This document shows, in pieces, positions 26,808 to 40,044 of a stretch of DNA of 64,000 nt. Made by a program: the position numbers and the translations under genes. The stretch comes from Eledone cirrhosa (lineage: Eukaryota). The stretch covers positions 3,596,001 through 3,660,000 of the forward strand of contig OZ024750.1 of assembly GCA_964016885.1 (NCBI GenBank), given 5' to 3'. Numbering within the stretch: the first letter of the stretch is position 1; each line of letters opens with the position of its first letter. The notes below the pieces were generated by a model, which was not told the DNA's origin, ran no database searches, and saw only the letters and a list, made by a program, of their open reading frames with translations.

Positions 26808-27262
26808 AGGAACGACAACTCCCTCTAGTATCATTCATACAAATATTAGATTAAAGAACAACTCTTTCTAGTATTATTCATACAAATATTAGATTAAAGA
26901 ACAACTCTTTCTAGTATTATTCATACAAATATTAGATTAAAGAACAACTCTTTCTAGTATTATTCATACAAATATTAGATTAAAGAACAACTCTTTCTAG
27001 TATCATTCATACAAATATTAGATTAAAGAACAACTCTTTCTAGTATCATTCATACAAATATTAGATTAAAGAACAACTCTTTCTAGTATTATTCATACAA
27101 ATATTAGATTAAAGAACAACTCTTTCTAGTATTATTCATACAAATATTAGATTAAAGAACAACTCTTTCTAGTATTATTCATACAAATATTAGATTAAAG
27201 AACAACTCCCTCTAGTATCATTCATACAAATATTAGATTAAAGAACAACTCCCTCTAGTATC
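26808..27262. repeat. 43 bp tandem repeat, about 10.5 copies
   Basis: Unit aagaacaactctttctagtattattcatacaaatattagatta. Confidence 0.95.
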
Positions 27263-27870
27263 GATCCTTAAATTAAGGAACAACAACTCCTTTAGTATTG
27301 TTATATAAGTGATATTATGATGCTAGACAGACTATAATGGAACTGAATATCCTACTAAAATAAAGTACAATAAGAAATGCCAACCTAGTCGGTGGAACAA
27401 AAATAACTTTAATCACAGGGTTGTGGGTTCGAGCCCCACATTGGACAAAGGGTTTGTTTATGAAAGTAGTTCCCCAGCATTGCTACAGTTCAATGACTGA
27501 ACTCAGTAAAAGAATAAAAGAATTCTAACCATAGGTAACATGGCCATTTTAGCTAATTTAGGATATATTTTACTGTTTTCACAAGGCTGATTGGTTAGAG
27601 AACTGGACTCACAATTGTGAGGTTATCAGTTCAATTCCTGGACTGGGCGATGCGTTATGTCCTTGAGCAAGACACTTTATTTCACGTTGCTCCTTCTACC
27701 TGGAGTTGCGACAGAGAGATACTACTAGCAATTGGAAAGACCAATGGAAATATTGTTTCCTTGCTCCAATTTGACAAAAGTCAATCGATCTTCCCTTAAC
27801 TGTTTTTTTAAATGGATAAATTAATTGTTTTATTTTCCTTTAATTTTCTTTCTTCTTTTTTTTCCAATAG

Positions 27871-28349
27871 GTAAATTTATTATTACTATCTTATCTCCAA
27901 TTCCAACAACTCGTCTGAAGTCAAGTGATGTTAATGATTTATGTGAAAAAATCCAAACTCAGATGGAGAACGTCTATTACAAAACTTCACATGAAATTTC
28001 GCCTATTGTTCTCGGTGGTAGTTCAATCACTTCAAAGGAGAAGCGACCGATATCGGTATCAGTAGGTTCACTGACTGACTCTGGAGGTCTGGGAGTGTTA
28101 GAAAGGATTGAAGAAGAGTCTGGTGAAAGTAATATAGAAACAATCAGTTCTGATGTTAACACAAAAGAAGGACAAAGATTACAAAGTGACCGATGTATAG
28201 AAACAGCAGTTGCTGATGCACACTCTACCATGGAAAGACTAAATAGAAGCAAACAAACAGAAGAATTAGCTCAGAAAATTGTTGCAAAAACAGTTAAAGA
28301 GGCACAAGAACTGGTAAAAGCAAATTCTTTCAGAGAAGCTGAAAAATGA
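27871..28349 (+). CDS. AGPAT1/2: AGPAT1/2-like last coding exon with long C-terminal extension
   Basis: Polypyrimidine tract plus aatag|GT, in phase. GKFIITILSPIPTTRLKSSDVNDLCEKIQTQM matches the AGPAT C-terminal region, and the frame stays open to TGA at 28347-28349. Confidence 0.85.
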
Positions 28350-30181
28350 GCAGGTATTATTATAGTTGATTTAGTTGTTGTAATTGAGGGCAGTAGATTG
28401 GTGCATTAATTGGTAGAGCATCAGACAACATGCTTTGTGGAATAGTTACATCCCTTTACGCTCTGAGTTCAAATCCCGCCGAGGTTAGCTTTGCCTTTCG
28501 TCCTTAGAGGGTCCATAAAATAAAGTACCAGTAATACACTGGAGTCGATTTAATTGACCCCCCCCCCCCTCCTTGTGCCTAAAGTAGAAACTATTATAGT
28601 TCATCTACAGACTAAAACTCACACCACATCCATTCATCTCATGTACAGAATAAACTAGAATAGCTGTACAGTTTACATACAGAACTGCAGTAGACAGGGA
28701 GTCATTACTTCAAATCTTACATCTAAGTCTATATAGTGAGACTTTGGTGTCAATTCACATATTTTTGTTTGTCTTAGTTTTCTTGGATAAAAATGGGTTT
28801 AACTTTTAGTTCATAAGTGAAGACAAGTTCTGTATGAGTAAAACACGGCCACCTGATCTATTGCCTCAAATGGAACAACACATCTAACCCATGCTAGTGT
28901 GGAAAATGGACGTTAAATGATGATAATGATTTAAATGGCAATAAATGTATTGATTATAATCAATACATTTATTGAGTTAGAAGCAAAACTAATGGTTAAA
29001 TGTAAGTAAATTTCTAGGGACTCCCTGTATTTTTGACCATACTGAATAAAATCCAACTTGACATTTGGAATTGTGGTTGTTCAGTTAAGTCCTGCGTGTT
29101 TTAATTAAGAATTATAATCACAAAATTGATTTAGAGCAAAGTTTGAAATTTGTTCTTAAATAGAATTAATTCATATGCTCTTTATGCGATACATAATATA
29201 CAGAATTATATAGCCTATGTTAATATCTTTATGTATTCCCCTCTCTCTCTTTCACACATGTTTTTCATTATGATTATTTTTTATTTTTCAGAAATATGAC
29301 TTAATTTGAGTGGACTTGAAAATTGATCTCAGTTCAAGGTAACATTTCAGCCTCAAAAGGAAAGTTCCTTGAAACTTGGACTTCTAGATCCAATTGCCTT
29401 TTGACAGCTATGTCTAAGAGCAGTGGCAAAGATGCAAACTGCAGCAGTATGTAGCCATACAGCAACATCCTCCTTCACTTTCCATTCCCTACATTTCCAT
29501 CCTCCCTATTCCATTCTTCCATTTTTATGAAGAATCTAACTGTGATTACACAAGTCTCACTTTCCCAGCCCTACCTCCTGCACTTTTCACTGAACATTTC
29601 AAGTTGATTTTCTTTCTAAAGACTAAAAAAATCATATTGGCAAGCGTTTCTTTGAGCCATGAGTTCCAGTAAATTCTTTAACCTGGAAATATTTACATAT
29701 CTGAACACTAACATTGACTATATTTTCTTTCTTTTAAATTAAATTTGAAAAGATTAAATTCTGTGTTTAAATGTTATTTTGTCATATTTTTTTCTCTTTC
29801 CTTCGTTGATTAGAAGAAAATTATAAATTTATTTAATTTCAAATTGGATATCTTGTTTTTCCTGACTTGAAGCTTGATGAAAATATTGCTGAAATTTACA
29901 GATTTTTGTTTTCTTAAATGTTCTTGTTAGCAGCTAAAATGTCCGACCTTGATATATAAGGCAAATTGTTCTTTAGTTCCTGGTCAGCCCTGATCTGACA
30001 CCTTTATGATCAAAGGCTGGTTGAGCCATGGCTAGCTCTTTTTTTTTTTTTTTTCTTTTCTCTCTCTTTCAGATAGTTGGTCTAGGACTACATTATCCAA
30101 TGTGTCTCCATTTAGGACAGTATGGTGTGATTTGAGGGAGATTTGACTGCTAATATTAGCAAGTCAAGTGTCTGAGAGAAG

Positions 30182-30398
30182 CAGTGGTTCCTGAGCTTTT
30201 CATTAACAAGAGCCCCTTTTATCCCCCTCCCCCTTCAGATTGTTATATGGTGAGAATAATAATTGAAAGAAGGGAAAGAAAAATGTTTGTACTTAGAGAA
30301 GAATGGGGACCCAATAGTGTGTGCATATGTTTTTTTACAAAGTATTTGAAATGTGGTGACTACCCAGAAGTCTGAGGATCTCGGGCTGGGAACCACTA
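30182..30398. mobile_element. hAT (Charlie-like) MITE
   Basis: Ends CAGTGGTTCCTGAGC...GCTGGGAACCACTA. Confidence 0.5.
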
Positions 30399-30513
30399 AC
30401 CTAATGGTTGGCTCTTTTTTTCAAGCAACATTTTTTACAAATGGTAAAATTGATCTGCAATATTGCTGATAAAAAAAATATGAGTCTCGGACACTATACA
30501 GATGAAATAATTA

Positions 30514-30722
30514 CTGTATATACTCAAATATAAGCAGAGAAATATGACTTTAAAAAAAATCGATGATAGAAGGGGTTGGATTATATTCGGGGTCAATATA
30601 TTGTCGATTTTTCACCAACTTCAAATTCTATGTAAATAAAGTTTGGATTTTTGCCCATTTCTCAGACATAAAGTAGTGGGGTCGGCTTATATTCGTATGG
30701 TCTTATATTCAAGTATATATGG
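30514..30722. mobile_element. Tc2/pogo-like MITE
   Basis: TA-CTGTATATACTCAAATATAAG...CTTATATTCAAGTATATATGG-TA. Relatives at about 525-612, 4741-4825, 17512-17705 and 58986-59190. Confidence 0.7.
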
Positions 30723-33280
30723 TAATTACTGTTCATATATCTCATCGCTGCCAAGCAATATTTAACACTTTAGTATTTACATTACCATGAAAATACAATA
30801 GTATATATAGAGTAAAGGCTTTACCTAATATCAAATCTATGAAATTTTGATATTTACTTTGAGAACAATACCTTAATGTAGGTATGACTGGCCAGTTTGA
30901 ACAGAAAGAGAATTCTAGTTAGATATGGCTGGTTTAAATGCTAAAAGATTAACCTGTCAAACCCATGCAAGTTTGGAGAATAAACATTAAACAGTAACAA
31001 TGAAACTATTTAACTCTTAACTTTCTGTAATGTAGCAGAAAATATCTAAAAACGGGTTTAATTCAAATGTTTATAGTATCTTTACTGGTGGACAGATTGT
31101 TGTAGACTAAAGTAAAGACTTTAATGGGTTGCAATCAGTGCTGTGTTCTAGAATGTTTGCTAATACAGGTTCAAGTGACGCATTTTGTTCTTAAACAAAA
31201 CCCTTCATTTCACGTTATCCCAGTACATTCAGCTGAAAATGAGTACCAACAGTAGCTGGGGGGTTAACTTTGTTCATGGAGGGGTAAGTCTTGTATCCTC
31301 AGCCGCTTAATGCTGATGAAAATGCAGGGCACATTAAAAGGCTAACTAGGAATAATTATGCAGTAAGAAAAAGATACAAATCAATGAGTTATTTTAGGTT
31401 TTCCAACCAGTGTAGACAACTCCTGGGCATATTGTGAAAACCAGGAAAGAATAATCAGGGACAGGTTGTCACTTGCTGAGGCCTTAAACTATATGCAATT
31501 TGAGGCCCTTCTCTAAAAAAATTATTTTTATGTCAATCAAAGAATAAATTATATCATTTTTAATGATTTAGTATTAAAGAATAAAAACTAATAAAAATAT
31601 TTTTTTAAATGAGGCCTCCAAGGGTGTTCGACTCTAAGCTATAGCTTATCTGTAAGTCCAGCACTAGGAAGAATCGGGTTTTGTTTATAAGGGAGAAAAC
31701 TCAGTGATAAGCACTAAATGAATTCAGAGCAATAGATGTTTCACATTGCATGTTAGACTTATTACAATCTTCAACATTGAAGAGTTTCTTATTAACCAAT
31801 TGTATATTATTTCCCATGTTATCTTAGTCTTATTCAAATCACAACTTCTTCCAGTTGTAAATATATATATATATATTAGTTTTTCATGTAAGGTTTAGGT
31901 GAAATGTTTCCGAACTGGATATGTCACTATTAGTACGAATTATTCGGCATAGCCTAACAAGAAAGCCCATTTATTCGGTCACTCAGCTTTCTAGAAATAG
32001 CAACCAAATCGTACCCTATTATCTTAAAGAAAGAACAGAGCTGAAGTATTAGATACAAAAGACACGATGGCCATAGATGGAATGCCTTTAATCATAGGAC
32101 TGCTTGATCGTGGTTGAATTGAGGTTAATCAACTGAGGATATGACCATGAGCCTTCAATCCAGTTTGGAATCAGATTTAATTCAGGCCCTCATCGCTCGC
32201 TATGACCCTTGGATTTGCACCTAGAAAGTTTCCCAGCAATATCCTAGTTTTATAGTTTGTACATGAATGATCAGTAATGGGATATTACTCTTGTCTTGTA
32301 CTTTCCTAAACTTTTGTTTATGCCTTAACCAGCCCAGATCAAAGACATTCCAACTGATTATCTTGTCACTTTTCATTTAGCTACTTATAAAAGCAAGAGA
32401 TTTGTCTATTACACAGGCTGAGAACATAACACTTGTGAATCAAGCCTAAGTTTGGAAACTTACCAGAAATATTTTCTTAAAGATGAACATTAACCCTTTC
32501 ATTTCAATAGAATAACTAAGGTTTTTCATCTGTAAGCTGATATTTACAACATTACTCAAGAGAAATTGTTAAAATTATGATGGAAGGTTTTAATATAAGG
32601 ATAGACATTTTAAAATGTTATATTTTAAATCATAAATCCAGGGCTGTTTCAGCCAGATTGGTATCAAAACAGTTTAGTTACATGAGAATCAAAATAAAGG
32701 TGAAAGCTAAGTGTAATCATCGTTAGTTTATAAAATAATTGAATAAACAAACAAAAGAAACAATGTCAGAAGTATATCATTTGTTTTTATTTTCTCCAAA
32801 CAAGTCAAATGTAAGTTCAATAAATGTCTTTTTTTCTAAATTGCCCATATATCATCCAAGAGAACTTAAAATTTACACCAATCGTACTGATGGGATAACA
32901 AAAATTACAGCATTCAGAATTACTATTGTGATGAAGACTTAAAACTACCAGAAATGAATGATGTATGGAAAACAAATAATGGTTGAGAGCTGGGGAAAAA
33001 AATAAGAAGATTCTTTCTTTTATTTCTGGCAGATTAGTCTGCAACAGACAAATTCTGCAATCTTGCTGGTTAATTGAACTATGCATGCTTCATCTTCTGT
33101 AAGAATAGGCAGCATATGGAAATGTTTTGAAAGTGTTTGTGATGATTCTTCTCTGCCCAAGCCAGTTTAAATGTTTGAGCTTTTGATTTCAGCCTATCAC
33201 CAACTTTGTAACACATACACAGTAACTAACATAATATCCAGTATAATTTATATAATCAATTGCATGACAATAGACCAATA

Positions 33281-33451
33281 TTACAAGCACTTAAAATTTT
33301 GATGTAACTCTGGTTTAATATCATACACCATATCTAGAAGTTTCTTCAAAGCATATTCTCTATTCTTCTTCACCATGTTGTTAAGATCTACAATTTTCCG
33401 TTGAGTGCTGTCTTGAATACTTTGTTCCATATCACCCCGTGAACCAAGAAC
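33281..33451 (-). CDS. ATP6V1G: V-type proton ATPase subunit G, coding exon 3
   Basis: tttcag|GTT. Encodes VLGSRGDMEQSIQDSTQRKIVDLNNMVKKNREYALKKLLDMVYDIKPELHQNFKCL then TAA. Total CDS is 354 nt, 117 aa. Confidence 0.95.
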   Translation of the reverse strand, partial: VLGSRGDMEQSIQDSTQRKIVDLNNMVKKNREYALKKLLDMVYDIKPELHQNFKCL

Positions 33452-34017
33452 CTGAAACAAGAAGAAATGTCAGATTTTTTTTAATGTTTGTTCTAAGAGC
33501 ATCTTTGTATAAAAACAAAAAAAATGTATTTAAATTAATGAATGTTAATGTAATATTAAAAATATCTTCATCTTAATTTCGAAAGTGTTTTTCTTTTTTT
33601 CAAAAAGAAATTTAGTATCGTATGAATTTTAGTCAAGTTTAACGTCTTTTTTTTATCTCGGTATGAACTGTCTTCAAATGCCATATTTCAAACAAACGTT
33701 CAATACTTTTTTCTGTTATGCTACATTCCTGAGAATGTAGGAGAACAAGAAGTGCACAGAAGTGACTGGAAGAAGGACATAAATAAAGGTCATGTACAAG
33801 ACAAGTTTACACACATCTTTACCCTCATCAGCTCTCAAACCAGCAAACTGTTTCTCACAATTTAATTGAGAGTACCATTTGAAAATGCTGGATCATGCCA
33901 GAGAAAAATAAATCTTTCTGCTGGTATGATTGTGTGATAAAACAAACAGCATGTCAAAACACTTGATGGGGGTTTCTTCAAAGCTATATATACCTATAAA
34001 TGTAGACTATTATTACT

Positions 34018-34200
34018 GGGGCGGTGGATTGGCAGAGGGTTGAACGCCATGCTTTGCAGCATAGAGTTACGCTCTTTTACAGTCCGAGTTCAAATCCCGC
34101 CGAGGTTAACTTTGTCTTTCATCCTTAAGGGATCGATAAAATAAAGTACCAGTAATACACTGGAATAATTGCTGGCCTTGTGCCAAAAGTATAAACAATT
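34018..34200 (+). mobile_element. SINE with Nin/Deu-like core
   Basis: ggcggtggattggcaga...gagttcaaatcccgccgaggttaactttg.ctttcatcc...gataaaataaagtaccag. Further copies at about 20813-21030, 28388-28595, 57400-57530 and 58000-58165 (+), and 44149-44333 and 59195-59380 (-). Confidence 0.75.
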
Positions 34201-34210
34201 ATTTACTAAC

Positions 34211-34311
34211 CTTGTTCTCATATTCTTTGTATTTTGCATCAGACTCTGCACGGAAATTCTCAATCTCGGCTTGTGCTTCTTCTTTTGCTTGCTTTAGACG
34301 CCTTGCTTTAC
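34211..34311 (-). CDS. ATP6V1G: V-type proton ATPase subunit G, coding exon 2
   Basis: tttaaag|GT...AAG|gttagt, 101 nt. Encodes (R)KARRLKQAKEEAQAEIENFRAESDAKYKEYENK. Confidence 0.96.
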
Positions 34312-35871
34312 CTTTAAACAAACAAGGATCAACAATTGTTGAAACAGTTAATACCAAAGGTTGAGAATTTGGTTGAAACAGTTAATACTAATTCCAATAA
34401 AATGAAGATAGTTGTTAGTTAAGAAAATCCAAAGTAAATAGAAGGATAAAGAAAGATTATTTTGTGTAAATGGAGAAAATAAATGTCTTCTCGTAACTGT
34501 TTTTCATTTGCAAAACTATCTGAATTTACAACAAAAACAATGTGAGATATGTGGCCACTTGGAAAGTCATCAGGGATGGCAGTAATGTACCTGTAGAGAA
34601 CGTGAAGCGGTTTTTAGCTGTTGTGCAGAAGGAGAATATTACAATAGTGGGTTTAACTAAAACAATGGAGGTGGTAAAACTTCTTTACTACATGAACATG
34701 CTTGCACCCATTATCAAGAGGAATATTTAAAGCCCGTCTAATTTCATATGATCAGTATTTTTATTTAATGGCAGATAATATCAAATCATTGATACTCATT
34801 TCAACTTGGAACAATAGAGAATCTTTGGACTTGCCACAGTCTTCAGAACTGAAGTAATGTCAACACTGTCTGTTGTAAGAGTCACAAAGAATGCTGTTAA
34901 CTTCAATTCTTAAAATATGCTAATTGTAAAGTGTTTGTAAATCTATGGTGAAAAAATATAATATAAACCCAGTGTACAAAAGACAGCATATTTATTATCC
35001 ATATAGAAATAATTGCCAACATATATAGCGGACATTGAAGAAACAGTGTAAAGAATGGTCAGATTACTAATTAACAATAGGTATGTAACCAAATGTTGAA
35101 AATGGGCTAAGTATTTGTAAATAAATTCAGTTAAGTGGGCCATATACTGACAGCTGTTGCATTCTCACCTGCATATATTAGTTTTATTCTCACCTCCATA
35201 TATAAATTTTATATCCTTAATATTATATGAAAGAAAAAAAGATTACTGTTGAGATTGTTAATATAATTCATTTCTTTGATTTACTAATGGTTGCCAAATA
35301 GAAAAATGAGATATTAATAGCTTTAGTAAGACAAAAGACAGATATTGCAAACAAAGAATGTTTGATTAAGATGTCTATTATTCATTAATTTAAATAATAT
35401 AGACAGCATTTAAAGCAAATGGTGACATTTGTTTAACCCCTGCAGCTTAGTAGTCAGCAATGTATACTTTACTAACTACACTTGGAAATATGGGAAGGCA
35501 TCTAGATGTAGAAATATGGGAAGGGTGTCCAGATGTAGAAAAAACTGCCTTAAAAATGGTTCAATCCAGCACAGAAATTGGTGAATAATGACATTTGGTG
35601 AACATTTCCCTGGCCCAGCCTTTCTGAAACGGTGTTCACTGGAACCCTAGGGGCTCCACAAATAAATAAGCTAATGTATTTTTTTTTAGTAATTTTTGTT
35701 AAATCTTATATTCGTAATTTTACTATACACGTACAGCATATTGTTGGGAAATTCTTGGTTATTATAATAAAGGCTTCAACTTCTAAAAGAGATATTAATA
35801 ATGGTATATAATAATTTTTATTCCGGGGGTTCCTTGAAATATGAAAACTATTTCAAAGGTTCCACAAGGTG

Positions 35872-36040
35872 AAGGCGCATGGCTTAGTGGTTAGAGCATT
35901 GGGCTTGCAATCGAAAAGTTGTGAGTTCAATTCTCGGACCGGGTGATGTGTTGTTTCCTTGATCAAGACACTTTATTTCACATTGCTCCAGTTTACTCAG
36001 CTGTAGAAATAAGATGATAGGACTGGGGTCCCTATCATTA
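35872..36040 (+). mobile_element. tRNA-derived SINE nested in a hAT-like MITE (about 35616-36147)
   Basis: Same head as 17710. Host ends resemble CAG..TTTCTcAA...TTGAGAAAcaTTG. Confidence 0.65.
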
Positions 36041-36444
36041 AATTACCCAAGACACCTCCAACGAGATATACCTTGGAGGAGGCCAGCTAAACCTTCATAG
36101 GTGTGAGCTGTCACACACACACGGGTAAAAAGGTTGAGAAACATTGTTCTAATGTTTTAAGTGAAATTGTTCCCAAAATGTTTAAACATTAGAATGATTC
36201 CCATGAATTTCTTCCAATTTCTCTCATTTCACTAATTTTACAACAAATCGTGAATATCCTAAAATTAAGAAATCTAAACAAATGGCCAATTAATATTGCT
36301 TTAATTGAATTAACGAAGCTATATTTTTACTGATAGGGAATTTTTTGTTGTTTTATACATTAGATATATTATTAGTACAGGTTGTGGTCAGGTATTCAAT
36401 TCCTGGTTGCAACCAATTTATTAATCTCTACATAGACAATATAT

Positions 36445-37460
36445 AATAATGATAATAATAATGAAATTATTGTGTAAAGTGCTCAGGTGCACTACAACTC
36501 GTCAAAGGTGTATGTATAGTACATAGAATAATACACAAATGTCAGGGAAGTGAATAGTGTATGAGTCATGGTATACATGTGTGTATGTGTATGGAGGGGG
36601 AACATTAGCTGTAGTGTTGGCGGATCTCAGGAAGCATGGAGGCCTTAAAGGATGCAGTGTCTCAACAGCTAACAACTGATGCAGGTAGTTTGTTCCTCGT
36701 TTCAGCAACTCTGAGCGTGAAAAAATGTTTCCGAAAGTCATGGGAACTGTGCTGTTTTCTGACTTTGTGGGCATGTCCACGTGTGTTAGACACATGGAAA
36801 TCAAAAAGGTACTCAGGGTTGTTGGTTAACAATTTTGTGGGTGTTTACCAAGTCAGTTGCCAGGCGTCGGAGCTTCAATGTATCCATGCCCAGGGAAGCA
36901 AGGCGCTCAGAGTATGGTAGATGCCTGATGGAGGGTATTCGCTTGGTTGCACGTCTCTGAACAGTTTCCAGGCGGTCAATGTTCTGAGCAAGATAGGGGT
37001 TCCAGACTGGTGATGCAAATTCTAAGTGTGGCCGCACCATAGTCATGTACAACCTTAAATAGATATCTGGAGAGCGGCTGACAAAGGTCTTGGTGAGTGA
37101 TGCTAAGACATCCTCGGCCCTCTTGACAATTTTAGAGACGTGCTTCGTCCAACGCAAATCGCTGCTGACCGTAATGCCCAGGTCACATTCACAAGAAGAC
37201 TTCTTGATATTAGTGCTGTGGAGGGAGTATGTGGACGCTGGGTTTTTACTTCCAAAATGCATGGTGGTGCACTTGTCCACAGCTAGCTTGAGTTGCCAGT
37301 CTGAGATCCATTGTTGCATTGTGTCCAGGTCAGACTGCAAGCAAGATCTATAGTGTTCAGGATCTGTCCTTTTTATCTCAAGGTACAGCTTCATGTCATC
37401 TGCATACTTTAGTACGCATTCTTTAAGTCGGCATCTATGTCATTAATATATGCCACAAAC
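36445..37460 (-). mobile_element. 5'-truncated CR1-clade LINE (RT C-terminus, 3'UTR, ATT-like tail)
   Basis: KYADDMKLY, LQSDLD, DLGITVSSDLRW, VRPHLEFASPVWNP and LETVQRRATK motifs. Frameshifted 3' portion, ending in a short tandem tail. Confidence 0.9.
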
Positions 37461-38299
37461 ACCGTTCACATACTGTGCTGAAGTTTTTTTATACAATTGA
37501 GCCCACAATACATTTTCAATTCACAAAAAACTGATCACTAAACACAGAAAACTGATCTGTTTTTTCAGAGAATCAATAACTGATCAGAGATTAAAATTTT
37601 TCGGGGCTTGTAGTTACATTTGAAGAGACAGTGGATTACACTAAATGATATTTAAAACATTTTAAATATTAAAATATTTAAACTTCATAAATATATTCTC
37701 CACTCATGAGAATTTCAAAACCTCATCTAATCATATCTTGATTAGCTGCCTCAGCTTAGACACAGGGTTATTTCTCAGACATAAAATAGGGAGTCAACTT
37801 ATATTCAAGTATATACTGTACGTTTTGTATCTTAAAACCAAGGGAAGTTTCAGGCTGGGTAGCATGAAAAGGGTTAAACAATCTATTGTAGCTGGTGACC
37901 TAGACAGAATTTTATAATACAAAATAGGTCTTATCTATTGCTTGCAGTTATATGTGGAGATAGAGAAAGAGGGGGGGGGGCACATGAGAGATCAGAGATT
38001 GTGAGAATGTGCTACATTCATTTATTTATTTTATCAAAATAGTATGCCATTCAGAGCTCTTTTTGTGATTATTCTTTATCATGTCCTCAACTTGTCACAT
38101 GTATTTATGGGATGTCACATGTATTTATGGTTTAATACTTTATACGATACGATATACATAATATTATTAAAGGCAGTCAATTTGGCAGAGTCGTTAGTGT
38201 TGAATATTTGATACGAGTCGGTCTCTCTCTCCCTGTCTGTGTTTTGAAATCAAATACTTCCAAGGTCCACTTTACCTTTCATCCAGGGACAATTACAAG

Positions 38300-38600
38300 T
38301 TAATGTTTTTTTTATTGCAAACATTATACAAAAAAAAAACTTGTCTATGTTTTCAAAATGTAGGGGAAAAAAACAACAAAAGAGAGGAAAATGAGGGAAA
38401 GGGTTAGGATTGTTAAGCAACGAAAGAAAGAAGGAAGGGGAAAGGGTGACTACATATAAATCAGAGTGGTATTTCGGCTGTGCCCCGCGGACAATGGCCA
38501 GTGACACCTGCTGCAACAGCCACCCCACCTCGCAGGGATCCTTCCTCAGACGAGCTGCTGTCATTCCGATTTTACGGACGAGGTCAGCTGTTTCAAAATC
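38300..38600 (-). mobile_element. RLE-type (CRE-like) 3' remnant, copy 3
   Basis: Translation GWLLQQVSLAIVRG followed by a T-rich UTR. Confidence 0.5.
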
Positions 38601-39881
38601 ATATCTAAATCAATGGCAAAAACCAATATAGAAAATAGAAACTAGTTTTAATGTAGGAAAAATACAGAAATTTTGGAAATGGAGAAGATTAAGAAAAACA
38701 TTTTAATGAGAATTTCAGTTTAATTTTTAAATAAACTTTGTCTTTTATATAAAACAGACGAGCAAGAACATACATAACCCATATATATAAAATGACTATC
38801 TCACTGGAGAATTGTGTCACAATATCAAATAACAGAACTTGATATTGCCTCAGTTGTTGACAGAATTTCTCTTTTAAAGTTGACCTTTGTGGACACAAAA
38901 TCTCGGTAACACTAAACACTGTTGAACAAAAAATGTCAATTTTTAAGTAAATTCTAGTCAGAAATGTAATTTACCTGATAAAAAATAAAATTCAAAAATA
39001 AATCATAATTTGGTTTAAAAGAAAAAAAAATTCCAATTACGTTTGTAAAAACCCGAAAAAACAACCTGTCTGCATTTTAGTATTTAATTAATTAACGGCA
39101 AAACAAATTAATTATCAAAATAACTGTTAATGGTTCCCGAGAGTATATGATCGGAGCAGAGGCTTTAAATTAATTTTTATTCAGAATTATTTATATATAA
39201 AGGAAATGTAAAATAATCTTAAACTACTTGATTTATTAAAATTACGCAACTGTCAAACAGAACACTTGCTGGTTAAAAGCAGAAGAAACGTATTTAATTT
39301 ATGATAGACGGAGGTTTTAGGCCGTTTTAAAGTAAATATTATTAGAAAGGAGATATTGATACTATGGAAAACTGGTTAACCTCCAAAAGAATGCCCACGC
39401 ATTTCTCATTGTCGCATTCAGGTTATATAAAATACGTTGTTTAAAATACCACACGTAATATAATCGATATTATACTGATATTTAACTAATTAATATTTGG
39501 TCCAAAATAGATAATTGCAAATGATTCTGTTATATAGTGTTAAAAATATTCCCAGTGTCCTATAAATAAATCCCCGTTCTTAAGTCGAATCTTATCATAT
39601 GACTGCATTCATTAAAAAGGGGGAGTGGACATAAATTGGAGATGTCTTTCGTTTTCATTATATTTTAAATAAATTGGTTATTATACAAGAACAAATCAGA
39701 GAAGAAAAGCTGTATAATTATAAAATTGGGATATTGTAGTTTAGTTAGTTCCATGGTGAATGGTAATGAATGTCTCGGGATCAATGTCCAAACAAGATGA
39801 TAACAAATAGAGAAATAATAAAGGAGAACCTAGCATTTAGTTCTTGTTTTGATAATATAAACTAAAACTGTAATAACTTAC

Positions 39882-39963
39882 GCTTTCTAGCTTCAGCAAC
39901 TTTCTCGGCGGCTTTCTTCTCAGCAGCCAAAAGTTGTTGTATTCCAGCAGACTGACTGGCCAT
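39882..39963 (-). CDS. ATP6V1G: V-type proton ATPase subunit G, coding exon 1
   Basis: accATGG start. Encodes MASQSAGIQQLLAAEKKAAEKVAEARK, followed by a C|gtaagt donor (82 nt). Confidence 0.96.
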
Positions 39964-40034
39964 GGTAGATTTATTATTTGGAAGAAAATATTAAACGAAG
40001 CTGTAGAATGTAAAGTGTTCTGCAACTGTAGCTA

Positions 40035-40044
40035 GTCATGTGAC
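40035..40044. promoter_or_regulatory. CLEAR/M-box E-box (GTCATGTGAC) upstream of V-ATPase G
   Basis: One mismatch from the CLEAR palindrome GTCACGTGAC and contains the M-box core TCATGTG. Lies about 70 nt upstream of the ATG in a locally CpG-enriched patch. Confidence 0.65.

Noticed and set aside
26808-27262. CRISPR-like array (also 20513-20678, 41141-41467, 42225-42710)
   Set aside because: Head-to-tail tandem units with no unique spacers, no cas genes, and a eukaryotic context.
39837-40025. Listed 62 aa minus-strand ORF
   Set aside because: Wrong frame; the real coding frame is V-ATPase G exon 1 starting at 39963.
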